Of a stretch of 21,870 nt of DNA, positions 10,440-18,895 are shown piece after piece. How positions within the stretch are numbered: the first letter of the stretch is position 1; the number at the start of each line of letters is the position of its first letter. The stretch is taken from assembly GCF_004365815.1 (NCBI RefSeq), contig NZ_SODD01000040.1, forward strand, positions 1-21,870, written 5' to 3'. This DNA is from Breznakia blatticola. Its GTDB lineage: Bacteria; Bacillota_I; Bacilli_A; Erysipelotrichales; Erysipelotrichaceae. The notes under the pieces are model-generated. The model was not told the DNA's origin. It searched no databases and saw only the letters and a list, made by a program, of their open reading frames with translations. Both the position numbers and the translations under genes were made by a program.

Positions 10440-11050
10440 TTCTGTTCCTCCTGTAATACTGCTTGTATCTGTGCAAGTGAATACTTTCCTTCGCGAACTA
10501 CACGAACTTCTTCACCTGTTAGATCTACGATTGTACTTGCAACATTTTCTTTTGCTTGACCGATCACGATTGCATCGATTCGTCCATCTAGTTGTTGCAG
10601 TACTTCTGTTTCATCTTTTCCTGGTGTTTGTCCTGACATATTTGCTGAAGTGACCAACATCGGTCCTTCTTCCAACATATCTAAAACAAATGCATCATCA
10701 GGAATACGAATCGCAATGGTTGGCTTCCCATCACTTACGTATGCTGGAATTTCTTCCTTTTTATTTACAATGACCGTGAGTGCTCCTGGCATAAAATGTT
10801 TATACAGTGCATCCATTTTCCAATCCACATTCGCAATGGCTTTGATTTGTTGCAAATCTTTTACCATGGTTGGAATGGGTTTATCACGATCACGATCTTT
10901 TGCTTGTTTTAATGCTTCAAGTGCATCAGGATTTCCATATCTTACACCAACCCCGAATACCGTATCTGTAGGAAATGCGATGACCTTTCCTTTATATATA
11001 TAGTCTTTGATTTCCTTTATTTCTGCTGTTGTGAAAATTTTAGTCTTCAT
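10436..11050 (-). CDS. tsaC: L-threonylcarbamoyladenylate synthase (YrdC-domain, short TsaC type)
   Basis: YrdC-domain motifs are present (KGKVIAFPTDTVFGVG, LVTSANMSGQ). The track start at 11074 is a GTG. I prefer the ATG at 11050 (MKTKIF...), preceded by GGTGAAGG, which overlaps the upstream ORF by 11 nt. Confidence 0.85.
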   Translation of the reverse strand: MKTKIFTTAEIKEIKDYIYKGKVIAFPTDTVFGVGVRYGNPDALEALKQAKDRDRDKPIPTMVKDLQQIKAIANVDWKMDALYKHFMPGALTVIVNKKEEIPAYVSDGKPTIAIRIPDDAFVLDMLEEGPMLVTSANMSGQTPGKDETEVLQQLDGRIDAIVIGQAKENVASTIVDLTGEEVRVVREGKYSLAQIQAVLQEEQK

Positions 11051-11231
11051 AACCTTCACCACTTGCTTTTGCACGATAAATTTGTGCTTTTAATTCATTG
11101 TATGCTGCAAGTGACATCATCACCACTGGTTGACCTTCACTACGTTTGATTAATACTTCATCATGTTCTTCTGTAAGCGCTAAAGCGGACGCTAAATGAT
11201 TCAATAATAATGCTTCTTCAACTATCTTCAT
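11040..11231 (-). CDS. Phd/YefM-family antitoxin-like small protein (N-terminal domain only)
   Basis: 63 aa. TEEHDEVLIKRSEGQPVVMMSLAAYNELKAQ closely parallels E. coli YefM [30 protein letters not shown] (recalled from memory, not aligned). ATG with an AAGGAAGTG SD. The toxin-binding C-terminal tail is absent. Confidence 0.6.
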   Translation of the reverse strand: MKIVEEALLLNHLASALALTEEHDEVLIKRSEGQPVVMMSLAAYNELKAQIYRAKASGEGYED

Positions 11232-11254
11232 TTTATCACTTCCTTCATCCTATT

Positions 11255-11282
11255 ATTATACGCTATTTGTGTGCGGATACAA
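11255..11282 (-). promoter_or_regulatory. Sigma-A type promoter for the yefM-like-tsaC-rpiB-glyA-PPIase operon
   Basis: Minus strand: TTGTAT (11282-11277), 16-nt spacer, TATAAT (11260-11255). It lies about 24 nt upstream of the ATG at 11231. Confidence 0.6.
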
Positions 11283-11397
11283 TTTTGGATATCACTTATT
11301 TTTTTATGTTTTTTACTTGATTTTTAGTAAAAACATTGAAAACATTTTCATTATACACCAAATTGTTACAAATTTTTACATTTTCTTTCATATTCTC

Positions 11398-11425
11398 TTG
11401 CATTTCGCGAATAACTCGATATAAT
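11398..11425 (+). promoter_or_regulatory. Sigma-A type promoter for the ilv cluster
   Basis: TTGCAT (11398-11403), 16-nt spacer, TATAAT (11420-11425). The predicted leader to the ilvB ATG is only about 40 nt. SD AAAGGGGGAA at 11459-11468. Confidence 0.6.
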
Positions 11426-11473
11426 GAGTATTATTATATATAATGTAGTGTAGTTATAAAGGGGGAACAGAAT

Positions 11474-13132
11474 ATGAAACTAACAGGTTCACAAATCATT
11501 ATGGAAATATTAATGGAACATGGTGTTGATACTGTCTTCGGTTACCCTGGTGGTGCCGCCCTTTTTATCTATGATTCTTTGTACGATTACCAAAAGCAAA
11601 TTAAGCATGTACTTACAGCACACGAACAAGGTGCTGCACACGCAGCTGATGGATACGCAAGAGCGACAGGTAAAACGGGAGTATGTTTTGCAACAAGTGG
11701 GCCAGGAGCAACAAACTTGGTTACAGGAATTGCAACTGCACAAATGGACAGCATCCCACTGGTCGCTATCACTGCCAATGTAACAGATGATCTCATTGGA
11801 CGTGATGCATTCCAAGAGGTATCGATTACAGGAGTCACATTACCAATTACAAAACACAATTATTTCGTTAATCGTGTAGAAGACTTAGCGGATGCATTAC
11901 GTGATGCATTCCGCATCGCACAAGAAGGACGTAAAGGTGCTGTACTTGTCGATGTCACAAAAGATGTATCGAATGCACTTTGTGAGTTTACACCAGAAAA
12001 ACCTAGACCACTTGCACCACATCCTACGATCAACCCAGATAAAATTGAAGAGATCGCAGAAGTAATCAACAGTGCAAAAAAACCAGTTGTTTACTTTGGT
12101 GGAGGAGTTGCTAGTTCTGATGCTAGAGAACAACTTGCAACATTCTTAGATAAGATTGATGCACCAGCAACGTATACATTAATGGCCGCTGGTATTCTTG
12201 ATGCAGATGATCCAAAAAACTTAGGATTGATTGGAATGCATGGAAGTATGGCAGCCAATCGCGCAGTAGATGCAGCGGATTTAGTTATTGCTTTAGGTAC
12301 ACGCTTCTCGGACCGTGTTGCATTAAATCCAAATCGTTTTGCACAAAATGCAGCAATTATCCAAATTGATATCGATGAAAGTGAAATAAATAAAAACGTT
12401 GTGATCAACTACGATGTTGTTGCAGATATTAAAGAAGCTCTTGAGATGTTAATTCCACTTGTAGATAAAGCTGATCATAAGAATTGGGTCCAAAAAGTGC
12501 ATGGTTGGAAAAAGGATATCAATGTTCCTTTAGAAAATGCACCACTTCGACCAAAAGAAGTTATTCAAAAAGCTTGCGAGCTTACGGATAAAGAAACCAT
12601 CTATGTAACCGACGTTGGACAACACCAACTTTGGGCTGCACAGTTCATTAAACACAAGAACACAAAATCATTCTTAACAAGCGGTGGTCTTGGAACGATG
12701 GGATATGGATATGGTGCTGCTATAGGAGCACAGCTTGGACAACCAGATAAGCGCGTTATCCATTTTACTGGAGATGGTAGTTTCCATATGAATTTAAACG
12801 AGGCATGTACAGCAGTCTCACAAAACTTACCAATCATTACCATCATTATGAACAACCATGTCCTTGGTATGGTATACCAATGGCAAACTGTGTTCTATGA
12901 TAAACACTACTCACAAACCGAACCACAACGGAAAACCGACTTTGTGAAACTCGCAGAAGGATTTGGTGCAACTGGATATCGTGCAACCACTCCTGAAGAG
13001 TTCATAGATGCATTTACTAAAGCACTACAAAGTGATGGTCCTGTATGGATCGATTGTGAAATCAATAAACTTGAGCGTGTACTTCCAATGATTCCAAATG
13101 GTGGAACAATTGAAGACATGATGATTGATTAG
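11474..13132 (+). CDS. ilvB: Acetolactate synthase (acetohydroxyacid synthase) large subunit
   Basis: 552 aa. ThDP-enzyme N-terminus (VDTVFGYPGGA), ThDP-binding motif GDGSFHMNLNE...NN, and GGLGTMGYGYGAAIGAQ. Confidence 0.95.
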   Translation: MKLTGSQIIMEILMEHGVDTVFGYPGGAALFIYDSLYDYQKQIKHVLTAHEQGAAHAADGYARATGKTGVCFATSGPGATNLVTGIATAQMDSIPLVAITANVTDDLIGRDAFQEVSITGVTLPITKHNYFVNRVEDLADALRDAFRIAQEGRKGAVLVDVTKDVSNALCEFTPEKPRPLAPHPTINPDKIEEIAEVINSAKKPVVYFGGGVASSDAREQLATFLDKIDAPATYTLMAAGILDADDPKNLGLIGMHGSMAANRAVDAADLVIALGTRFSDRVALNPNRFAQNAAIIQIDIDESEINKNVVINYDVVADIKEALEMLIPLVDKADHKNWVQKVHGWKKDINVPLENAPLRPKEVIQKACELTDKETIYVTDVGQHQLWAAQFIKHKNTKSFLTSGGLGTMGYGYGAAIGAQLGQPDKRVIHFTGDGSFHMNLNEACTAVSQNLPIITIIMNNHVLGMVYQWQTVFYDKHYSQTEPQRKTDFVKLAEGFGATGYRATTPEEFIDAFTKALQSDGPVWIDCEINKLERVLPMIPNGGTIEDMMID

Positions 13133-13146
13133 GTAAGGGGGATAAC

Positions 13147-14659
<1,513 letters not shown>

Positions 14660-14661
14660 TT

Positions 14662-14686
14662 AAAGAAGGCAGCTTGCCTTCTTTTT
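14662..14686 (+). terminator. Terminator-like hairpin between ilvC and the MazG-like gene
   Basis: AAAGAAGGCA (14662-14671), loop GCT, TGCCTTCTTT (14675-14684): a perfect 10-bp stem running into TTCT. It starts 3 nt after the ilvC stop and ends 8 nt before the next ATG. Confidence 0.6.
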
Positions 14687-14693
14687 CTACATT

Positions 14694-14963
14694 ATGAATC
14701 GAAATGAAATATTGAAACTAGCGATCAAAACTTGGGGAGTCGATGCACAAACCAACTGTGCAATGGAAGAACTTGCTGAGTTAATCCAAGCGATTTCAAA
14801 GTTTAAAAGAGGTTACGATAATAAAGAAGATATCATTGATGAAATTGTTGATGTACAAATAATGATTGATCAAATCAAGCTTATATGCGACATTGATGAT
14901 ACAATGTTAGAAAAGCGAGCGACTTACAAGTTGCAACGTATCAAAAACCGTTTAGAGGAGTAG
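14694..14963 (+). CDS. MazG-like all-alpha nucleoside triphosphate pyrophosphohydrolase family protein
   Basis: 89 aa. The two metal-binding motifs of the family occur in order: EELAEL (ExxE type, [18 protein letters not shown]) and DEIVDV (ExxD type, [15 protein letters not shown]). No SD precedes the ATG. Confidence 0.55.
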   Translation: MNRNEILKLAIKTWGVDAQTNCAMEELAELIQAISKFKRGYDNKEDIIDEIVDVQIMIDQIKLICDIDDTMLEKRATYKLQRIKNRLEE

Positions 14964-14967
14964 AACT

Positions 14968-16647
14968 ATGATTGATAAGAAAAATCTAAGAAGTGCAAAT
15001 GTTACGGAAGGTGTAGAAAAAACACCTGCACGTAGTTTGTTTTATGCAATGGGATATACAAAAGAAGAATTGGATCGACCACTGATTGGTGTTATTAGTG
15101 CACATAGTGAAGTTGTACCTGGACATATTCATCTAGATAAAATCGCAGAAGCGGTAAAAGCTGGTGTTCGTATGGCCGGTGGTACACCAATTGAAATTCC
15201 TTCGATTGGTGTTTGTGATGGAATTGCAATGGGTCACGAAGGTATGAGATATTCTCTTCCTTCACGTGAACTGATTGCAGACTCTGTTGAAAGTATGACA
15301 ATTGCCCATGCACTTGATGGACTTGTCTTGGTTCCTAACTGTGACAAAATCGTTCCTGGAATGATCATGGGAGCAAGTCGCATCAACATTCCAACTGTTG
15401 TATGTAGTGGTGGACCTATGCTCGCAGGAAATGTAGCTGGTGAAGAAGTTTCCCTATCCAAAACATTTGAAGCAGTTGGTGCCTATAAAGCAGGTATCAT
15501 TGATGAAGCACAATTACTCGATGTAGAAGAAAATTCATGTCCGGGATGTGGTTCATGTGCAGGTATGTATACCGCAAACTCAATGAACTGTTTAAGTGAA
15601 GCGCTAGGTATTGCTTTACCAGGTAATGGAACCATTCCTGCTATTTCAAGTCGTAGAACACAACTTGCTAAACGCGCAGGTATGCAAATCATGGAAATGG
15701 TCGAAAAGGATATTAAAATCCGCGACATTATCAATCCAGTAAGTATTCGCAATGCTTTAGCTTGTGATATGGCTCTTGGTTGTTCATCAAACAGTGTTCT
15801 TCACTTATTAGCTATCGCTAACGAATCTGGAATTCCATTAGATTTAAATATGTTTAATGAAATGAGTGAAAAAGTACCTAACCTTTGTCACCTAGCACCT
15901 GCTGGAGATACACACATGCAAGATCTTAATGCGGCTGGAGGAATTCCTGCTGTACAAAATGAACTAGCAAAGCTAAACTTGCTGGATTTAGATGCATTAA
16001 CCGTAACTGGACAATCCGTTGGCGAAAACATCAAAGGAATTACCAACCGCAACCCAGATACAATTAAACCAGTCGAAACACCATTCTCAAAAACAGGAGG
16101 TATTGCTATCTTGTTTGGTAATATCGCACAAGAAGGATGTGTCGTTAAACGTAGTGCAGTAGCTAAAGAAATGTTAGAACACAAAGGACCTGCACGTGTA
16201 TTTGATAGCGAAGAAGAAGCAATCGATGCCATTTACAAAGGAAGCATCGTTGATGGTGATGTTGTAGTGATTCGTTATGAAGGTCCAAAAGGTGGTCCAG
16301 GAATGCGTGAAATGTTAAACCCAACAAGTGCACTTGCTGGAATGAAACTTGATAAAACGGTTGCTTTAATTACCGATGGACGCTTCTCAGGAGCAAGTCG
16401 TGGAGCAAGTATTGGACACGTATGTCCAGAAGCTGCAGCCGGTGGAAACATTGCACTCATTCAAGAAGGAGATATGATTGAAATCAATATCCCTGCGTAT
16501 TCAATTAACGTGGATGTAAGCGATGAAGAACTTACAAAACGTAAAGAAGCATGGCAACCAAAAGAACCAAACGTGAAACATGGATGGTTAAAACGTTATT
16601 CAATGCTTGTTGATAGCGCCGCTAAAGGTGCCATCATGAAAGACTAA
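14968..16647 (+). CDS. ilvD: Dihydroxy-acid dehydratase
   Basis: 559 aa. Fe-S ligand contexts CDKIVPGM and [16 protein letters not shown], conserved C-terminal [19 protein letters not shown]. Confidence 0.97.
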   Translation: MIDKKNLRSANVTEGVEKTPARSLFYAMGYTKEELDRPLIGVISAHSEVVPGHIHLDKIAEAVKAGVRMAGGTPIEIPSIGVCDGIAMGHEGMRYSLPSRELIADSVESMTIAHALDGLVLVPNCDKIVPGMIMGASRINIPTVVCSGGPMLAGNVAGEEVSLSKTFEAVGAYKAGIIDEAQLLDVEENSCPGCGSCAGMYTANSMNCLSEALGIALPGNGTIPAISSRRTQLAKRAGMQIMEMVEKDIKIRDIINPVSIRNALACDMALGCSSNSVLHLLAIANESGIPLDLNMFNEMSEKVPNLCHLAPAGDTHMQDLNAAGGIPAVQNELAKLNLLDLDALTVTGQSVGENIKGITNRNPDTIKPVETPFSKTGGIAILFGNIAQEGCVVKRSAVAKEMLEHKGPARVFDSEEEAIDAIYKGSIVDGDVVVIRYEGPKGGPGMREMLNPTSALAGMKLDKTVALITDGRFSGASRGASIGHVCPEAAAGGNIALIQEGDMIEINIPAYSINVDVSDEELTKRKEAWQPKEPNVKHGWLKRYSMLVDSAAKGAIMKD

Positions 16648-16660
16648 TTCATACAAAGTA

Positions 16661-16689
16661 AAAGTGCCTACATCAAGTAGACACTTTTT
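16661..16689 (+). terminator. Terminator after ilvD (possibly bidirectional)
   Basis: AAAGTGCCTAC (16661-16671) pairs with GTAGACACTTT (16677-16687) with one mismatch, followed by TT. The stop codon of the convergent minus-strand ORF (16673) lies inside the hairpin. Confidence 0.6.
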
Positions 16690-17068
16690 CATTTACAATT
16701 ATCTTTTCATTCGAACGAATAAGTTGCATCAATAAACCGATATTAAAACCCACATATCCAAATACAAGTGAAGATATATTTTGATAAACGGATTCCAGTT
16801 CACTATATAGTGGTTTATCTGCAAGATTTACATAGGTAAGACAAATAGCACAGAAGGTAATAGATAGTACAACAATCAGTATCAACAAATTACGATTTCC
16901 TTTTTTTGAAGCATATATCATCGCAATAAAGCATCCAATTAAAGTCAGTTGTATATATGCAAAATTACCTTTACCAACATCTGCTTGAATTCCATATGTG
17001 AAACCTAAAATCAACAACAAACTAACTACGCTAATTATAATTCCTATTCGTTTCATAGATTGATTCAT
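16673..17068 (-). CDS. Hypothetical membrane protein (4 TM)
   Basis: The track start at 17074 is a TTG inside the SD spacer. I prefer the ATG at 17068 (MNQSMKRIG...), which has AGGAGGG 6 nt upstream. Four hydrophobic helices. I recognised no family. Confidence 0.5.
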   Translation of the reverse strand: MNQSMKRIGIIISVVSLLLILGFTYGIQADVGKGNFAYIQLTLIGCFIAMIYASKKGNRNLLILIVVLSITFCAICLTYVNLADKPLYSELESVYQNISSLVFGYVGFNIGLLMQLIRSNEKIIVNEKVST

Positions 17069-17150
17069 AACCAACCCTCCTTTTACTTATCATATATGTA
17101 TTTTTAATTTCAAACTAATATGTATTCATATATACTACGTCTAAAGCAAG

Positions 17151-17180
17151 AAAAAAGCCCAGGTAAGGGGGTTCCTGGAC
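17151..17180 (-). terminator. Rho-independent terminator after the metalloprotease gene
   Basis: Minus strand: GTCCAGG-aacccccuua-CCTGGGC (17180-17157), followed by TTTTTTCTTGCTTT. Confidence 0.7.
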
Positions 17181-17242
17181 TTTCTCTGTTGTATTAGATA
17201 TACAACTATATAATTATGAAAACATGATTTCAGCAATTTCTA

Positions 17243-18382
17243 TTAGTTAAGTAAATTACGTACATAGTTGTATGAGTGTGGAGCTGCTGCTCGCAATGTA
17301 CCTTGATCATAATAGTAATATACGACAAGGTTCGCTAACCATTCATAACGGTTATCGCGCATGTTTCCACTAAATTTGGCAGGTAAGTTATTCTTTTCTG
17401 CTTGGAAGATACCTTCCAAGTTACCTGATGCATTGGTTGCATAATCATACATATGTGTCATTTCATGTAATGCTGTTGTTGAATAATATGCAGATCCATT
17501 TAGCCACAAGCGACCATCGCTGTATGCCATTCCTAAATATGGATATGACAAGCTATTATCGATTGTGATGGTATGTAAGTTCGAGTTATTAAAGATTGCT
17601 GGCAATCCTTGTAGTTCACTCATATATGAGCGAATGACTCCATCACTTACATCATTTCCAACAACAATTTTCCATCCACGTACATACAAATTGTTACGAT
17701 CTAGTGCTGGCGTAGTATAAGTAGGTGCCGCTGGTGTACTAACTGTATTTGTAGGTTCACTATATCCTGTATAACCGCTTTGTTCTTCAGTCGTTTGTTC
17801 TACTTCATTCACTACTACTTGAACACTTTTACGTGATGTATTATGGTTTGCATCTGTTGCTTCCATAATGACTTCGTATGTTCCTGCTTTTGTACTATCT
17901 ACATCATTTTTCACGTATTCAATTGGTAAATCACCATCAACAACATCATAAGCACTTGCTTCTAAGTCATCAGTTGTAAATGTATCACCAACAGATAATG
18001 TAAGATCATTTGCTTTAATTACTGGAGCTTTCGTATCTTTCATTTGTACGTGAACCATATATATATGTTCGGCAATTGGGTTTTCTGCTTCAATTACTGG
18101 ATTACTATCACTAATTGTTTCTACACGATAGATATCATATAATTTAGAATCTGTCCCACGTGCACTTTCGCTAACGATATGGATTACTTTTTCATTGTCT
18201 TGTGCAAACTTCTCTTTAATTTGTTTTTGGATTGTTTCTGGTTTATCATATTCCATTTGCATATCCACTTTTTGTTCAATTGCGTTGTTTGCTAACGCGT
18301 TTTCATTAAAACGATTCAATGAGAACATTGATCCGGATGCTATCATTAACATCACCAATACAATAGTAATTTGCTTTTTCAT
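17243..18382 (-). CDS. Secreted zinc metallopeptidase: signal peptide, DUF5011-type Ig-like domain, PPEP-like (M34/ATLF-like) catalytic domain
   Basis: 379 aa. Signal peptide MKKQITIVLVMLMIASGSMFSL. The Ig-like segment (KAPVIKANDLTLSVGDTF...AYDVVDGDL...STKAGTYEVIMEATDANHNT) fits the DUF5011 pattern. The C-terminal domain has HEMTH (HExxH) and YEWLANLVVYYYYDQGTLRAAAPHSYNYVRNLL. The latter parallels the C. difficile PPEP-1 C-terminus EEFFAESFAYYYLNQDTNSKLKSACPQTYSFLQNL (recalled from memory). Confidence 0.72.
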   Translation of the reverse strand: MKKQITIVLVMLMIASGSMFSLNRFNENALANNAIEQKVDMQMEYDKPETIQKQIKEKFAQDNEKVIHIVSESARGTDSKLYDIYRVETISDSNPVIEAENPIAEHIYMVHVQMKDTKAPVIKANDLTLSVGDTFTTDDLEASAYDVVDGDLPIEYVKNDVDSTKAGTYEVIMEATDANHNTSRKSVQVVVNEVEQTTEEQSGYTGYSEPTNTVSTPAAPTYTTPALDRNNLYVRGWKIVVGNDVSDGVIRSYMSELQGLPAIFNNSNLHTITIDNSLSYPYLGMAYSDGRLWLNGSAYYSTTALHEMTHMYDYATNASGNLEGIFQAEKNNLPAKFSGNMRDNRYEWLANLVVYYYYDQGTLRAAAPHSYNYVRNLLN

Positions 18383-18653
18383 ACATCTCTGACCCCTTTC
18401 GTCATATTCTGTTTCACAATTTAATACTTTTCATACTATATATTTATCATAACCTACATTATTAGTAGGAATTAATATCTAAGGGAAATCCAGTTTAGCG
18501 ACATGGATAGGTCGAATGAATAAATGTGTGTGTTGTGTGTGTTTATAGAGGGATTTTTCACTTAAACCTATATTTTTGGTAGGATTTTAGATTTAAGCAA
18601 TAACCGCTTACACATCGCGGTTTGTAAATAGAGTAACCTTTATTTACATGCAC

Positions 18654-18681
18654 ATTCTAGCATAACTGAGGGGGTAGTCAA
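18654..18681 (-). promoter_or_regulatory. Extended -10 promoter inside array module 3
   Basis: Minus strand: TTGACT (18681-18676), 16-nt spacer ending in TGc, TAGAAT (18659-18654). It starts 9 nt downstream of the module-3 palindrome. Confidence 0.55.
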
Positions 18682-18776
18682 CTATAATGCCTATCATATT
18701 AATAGGAATATAAATCTTAAGAATTACTGCACATTATCAGCAGTCAATTCAAAGGTATCTCTCTCTTTACACTCTC

Positions 18777-18804
18777 ATAATACCACATATTACCCACACG
18801 TCAA
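18777..18804 (-). promoter_or_regulatory. Extended -10 promoter inside array module 4
   Basis: Minus strand: TTGACG (18804-18799), 16-nt spacer ending in TGg, TATTAT (18782-18777). It has the same offset from its palindrome as the module-3 promoter and lies exactly 123 bp from it. Confidence 0.55.
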
Positions 18805-18861
18805 CAGATAAGCCTACAAATTTAGTAGGAATAACATAATTTACCAAAATTGTCTTTGCAT

Positions 18862-18895
18862 ATAAAAAGAAGACTGGATTATTCCATATCTTCTT
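18862..18895 (-). terminator. Rho-independent terminator of the DUF815 ATPase gene
   Basis: Minus strand: AAGAAGA-taTGGAataaTCCAg-TCTTCTT (18895-18867), followed by TTTATATG. The stem includes the last codons and the stop codon of the gene. Confidence 0.7.

Larger units (their letters stand above)
18451..18843 (-). repeat. Four-module non-coding array: conserved ~33-bp element (palindrome CCTAY-N7-RTAGG plus AAT-N6-CTTAAG tail) separated by unique ~82-93-bp segments
   Basis: Palindromes lie at 18453-18469, 18567-18583, 18690-18706 and 18813-18829, with centre spacing of 114, 123 and 123 bp. The conserved tail follows each on the plus strand (ttagtaggaattaatatctaag, ttggtaggattttagatttaag, ttaataggaatataaatcttaag, ttagtaggaataacataattta). 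No ORF with a plausible RBS is present. Confidence 0.7.

Noticed and set aside
8814-11003. Antisense ORFs opposite glyA, rpiB and tsaC (e.g. 9862-10317 and 10650-11003 on plus)
   Set aside because: These are long open frames on the antisense strand of well-supported genes, with no RBS or recognisable domains. I regard them as shadow ORFs.
10436-11040. Toxin gene partnering the YefM-like ORF
   Set aside because: The downstream ORF is clearly a YrdC-domain TsaC, not a YoeB/Doc/RelE-type toxin. No small ORF is hidden in the overlap.
11283-11473. T-box, leader-peptide attenuator or CodY box controlling the ilv cluster
   Set aside because: The best promoter leaves only a ~40-nt leader, too short for a T-box or attenuator. 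The GAAAACATTTTC / AACATTTTCATTATA segments upstream match the CodY consensus AATTTTCWGAAAATT at only about 9 of 15 positions. No call is made.
18516-18548. Cys-rich mini-ORF MNKCVCCVCL on the plus strand (possible leader peptide)
   Set aside because: Its composition is a by-product of the TG dinucleotide tract. It points away from any plus-strand gene and converges on the DUF815 terminator. The upstream AGG is only a weak SD.
18451-18843. CRISPR array interpretation of the four-module repeat region
   Set aside because: The conserved element (~33 bp) is degenerate between copies. The intervening unique segments are 82-93 bp, far longer than CRISPR spacers. Two of them carry their own promoters. 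No cas genes are in the window. It is reported as an unclassified repeat or ncRNA candidate instead.
18383-18878. c-di-GMP riboswitch (GEMM-I/II) upstream of the PPEP-like protease, by analogy with C. difficile zmp1
   Set aside because: I read the minus strand for the conserved GEMM-I cores (ACGCACAGGGCAAACC and GGGACGCAAAGCC-like segments) and for GEMM-II features. Nothing resembling them is present. Only a covariance-model scan could exclude a divergent member.
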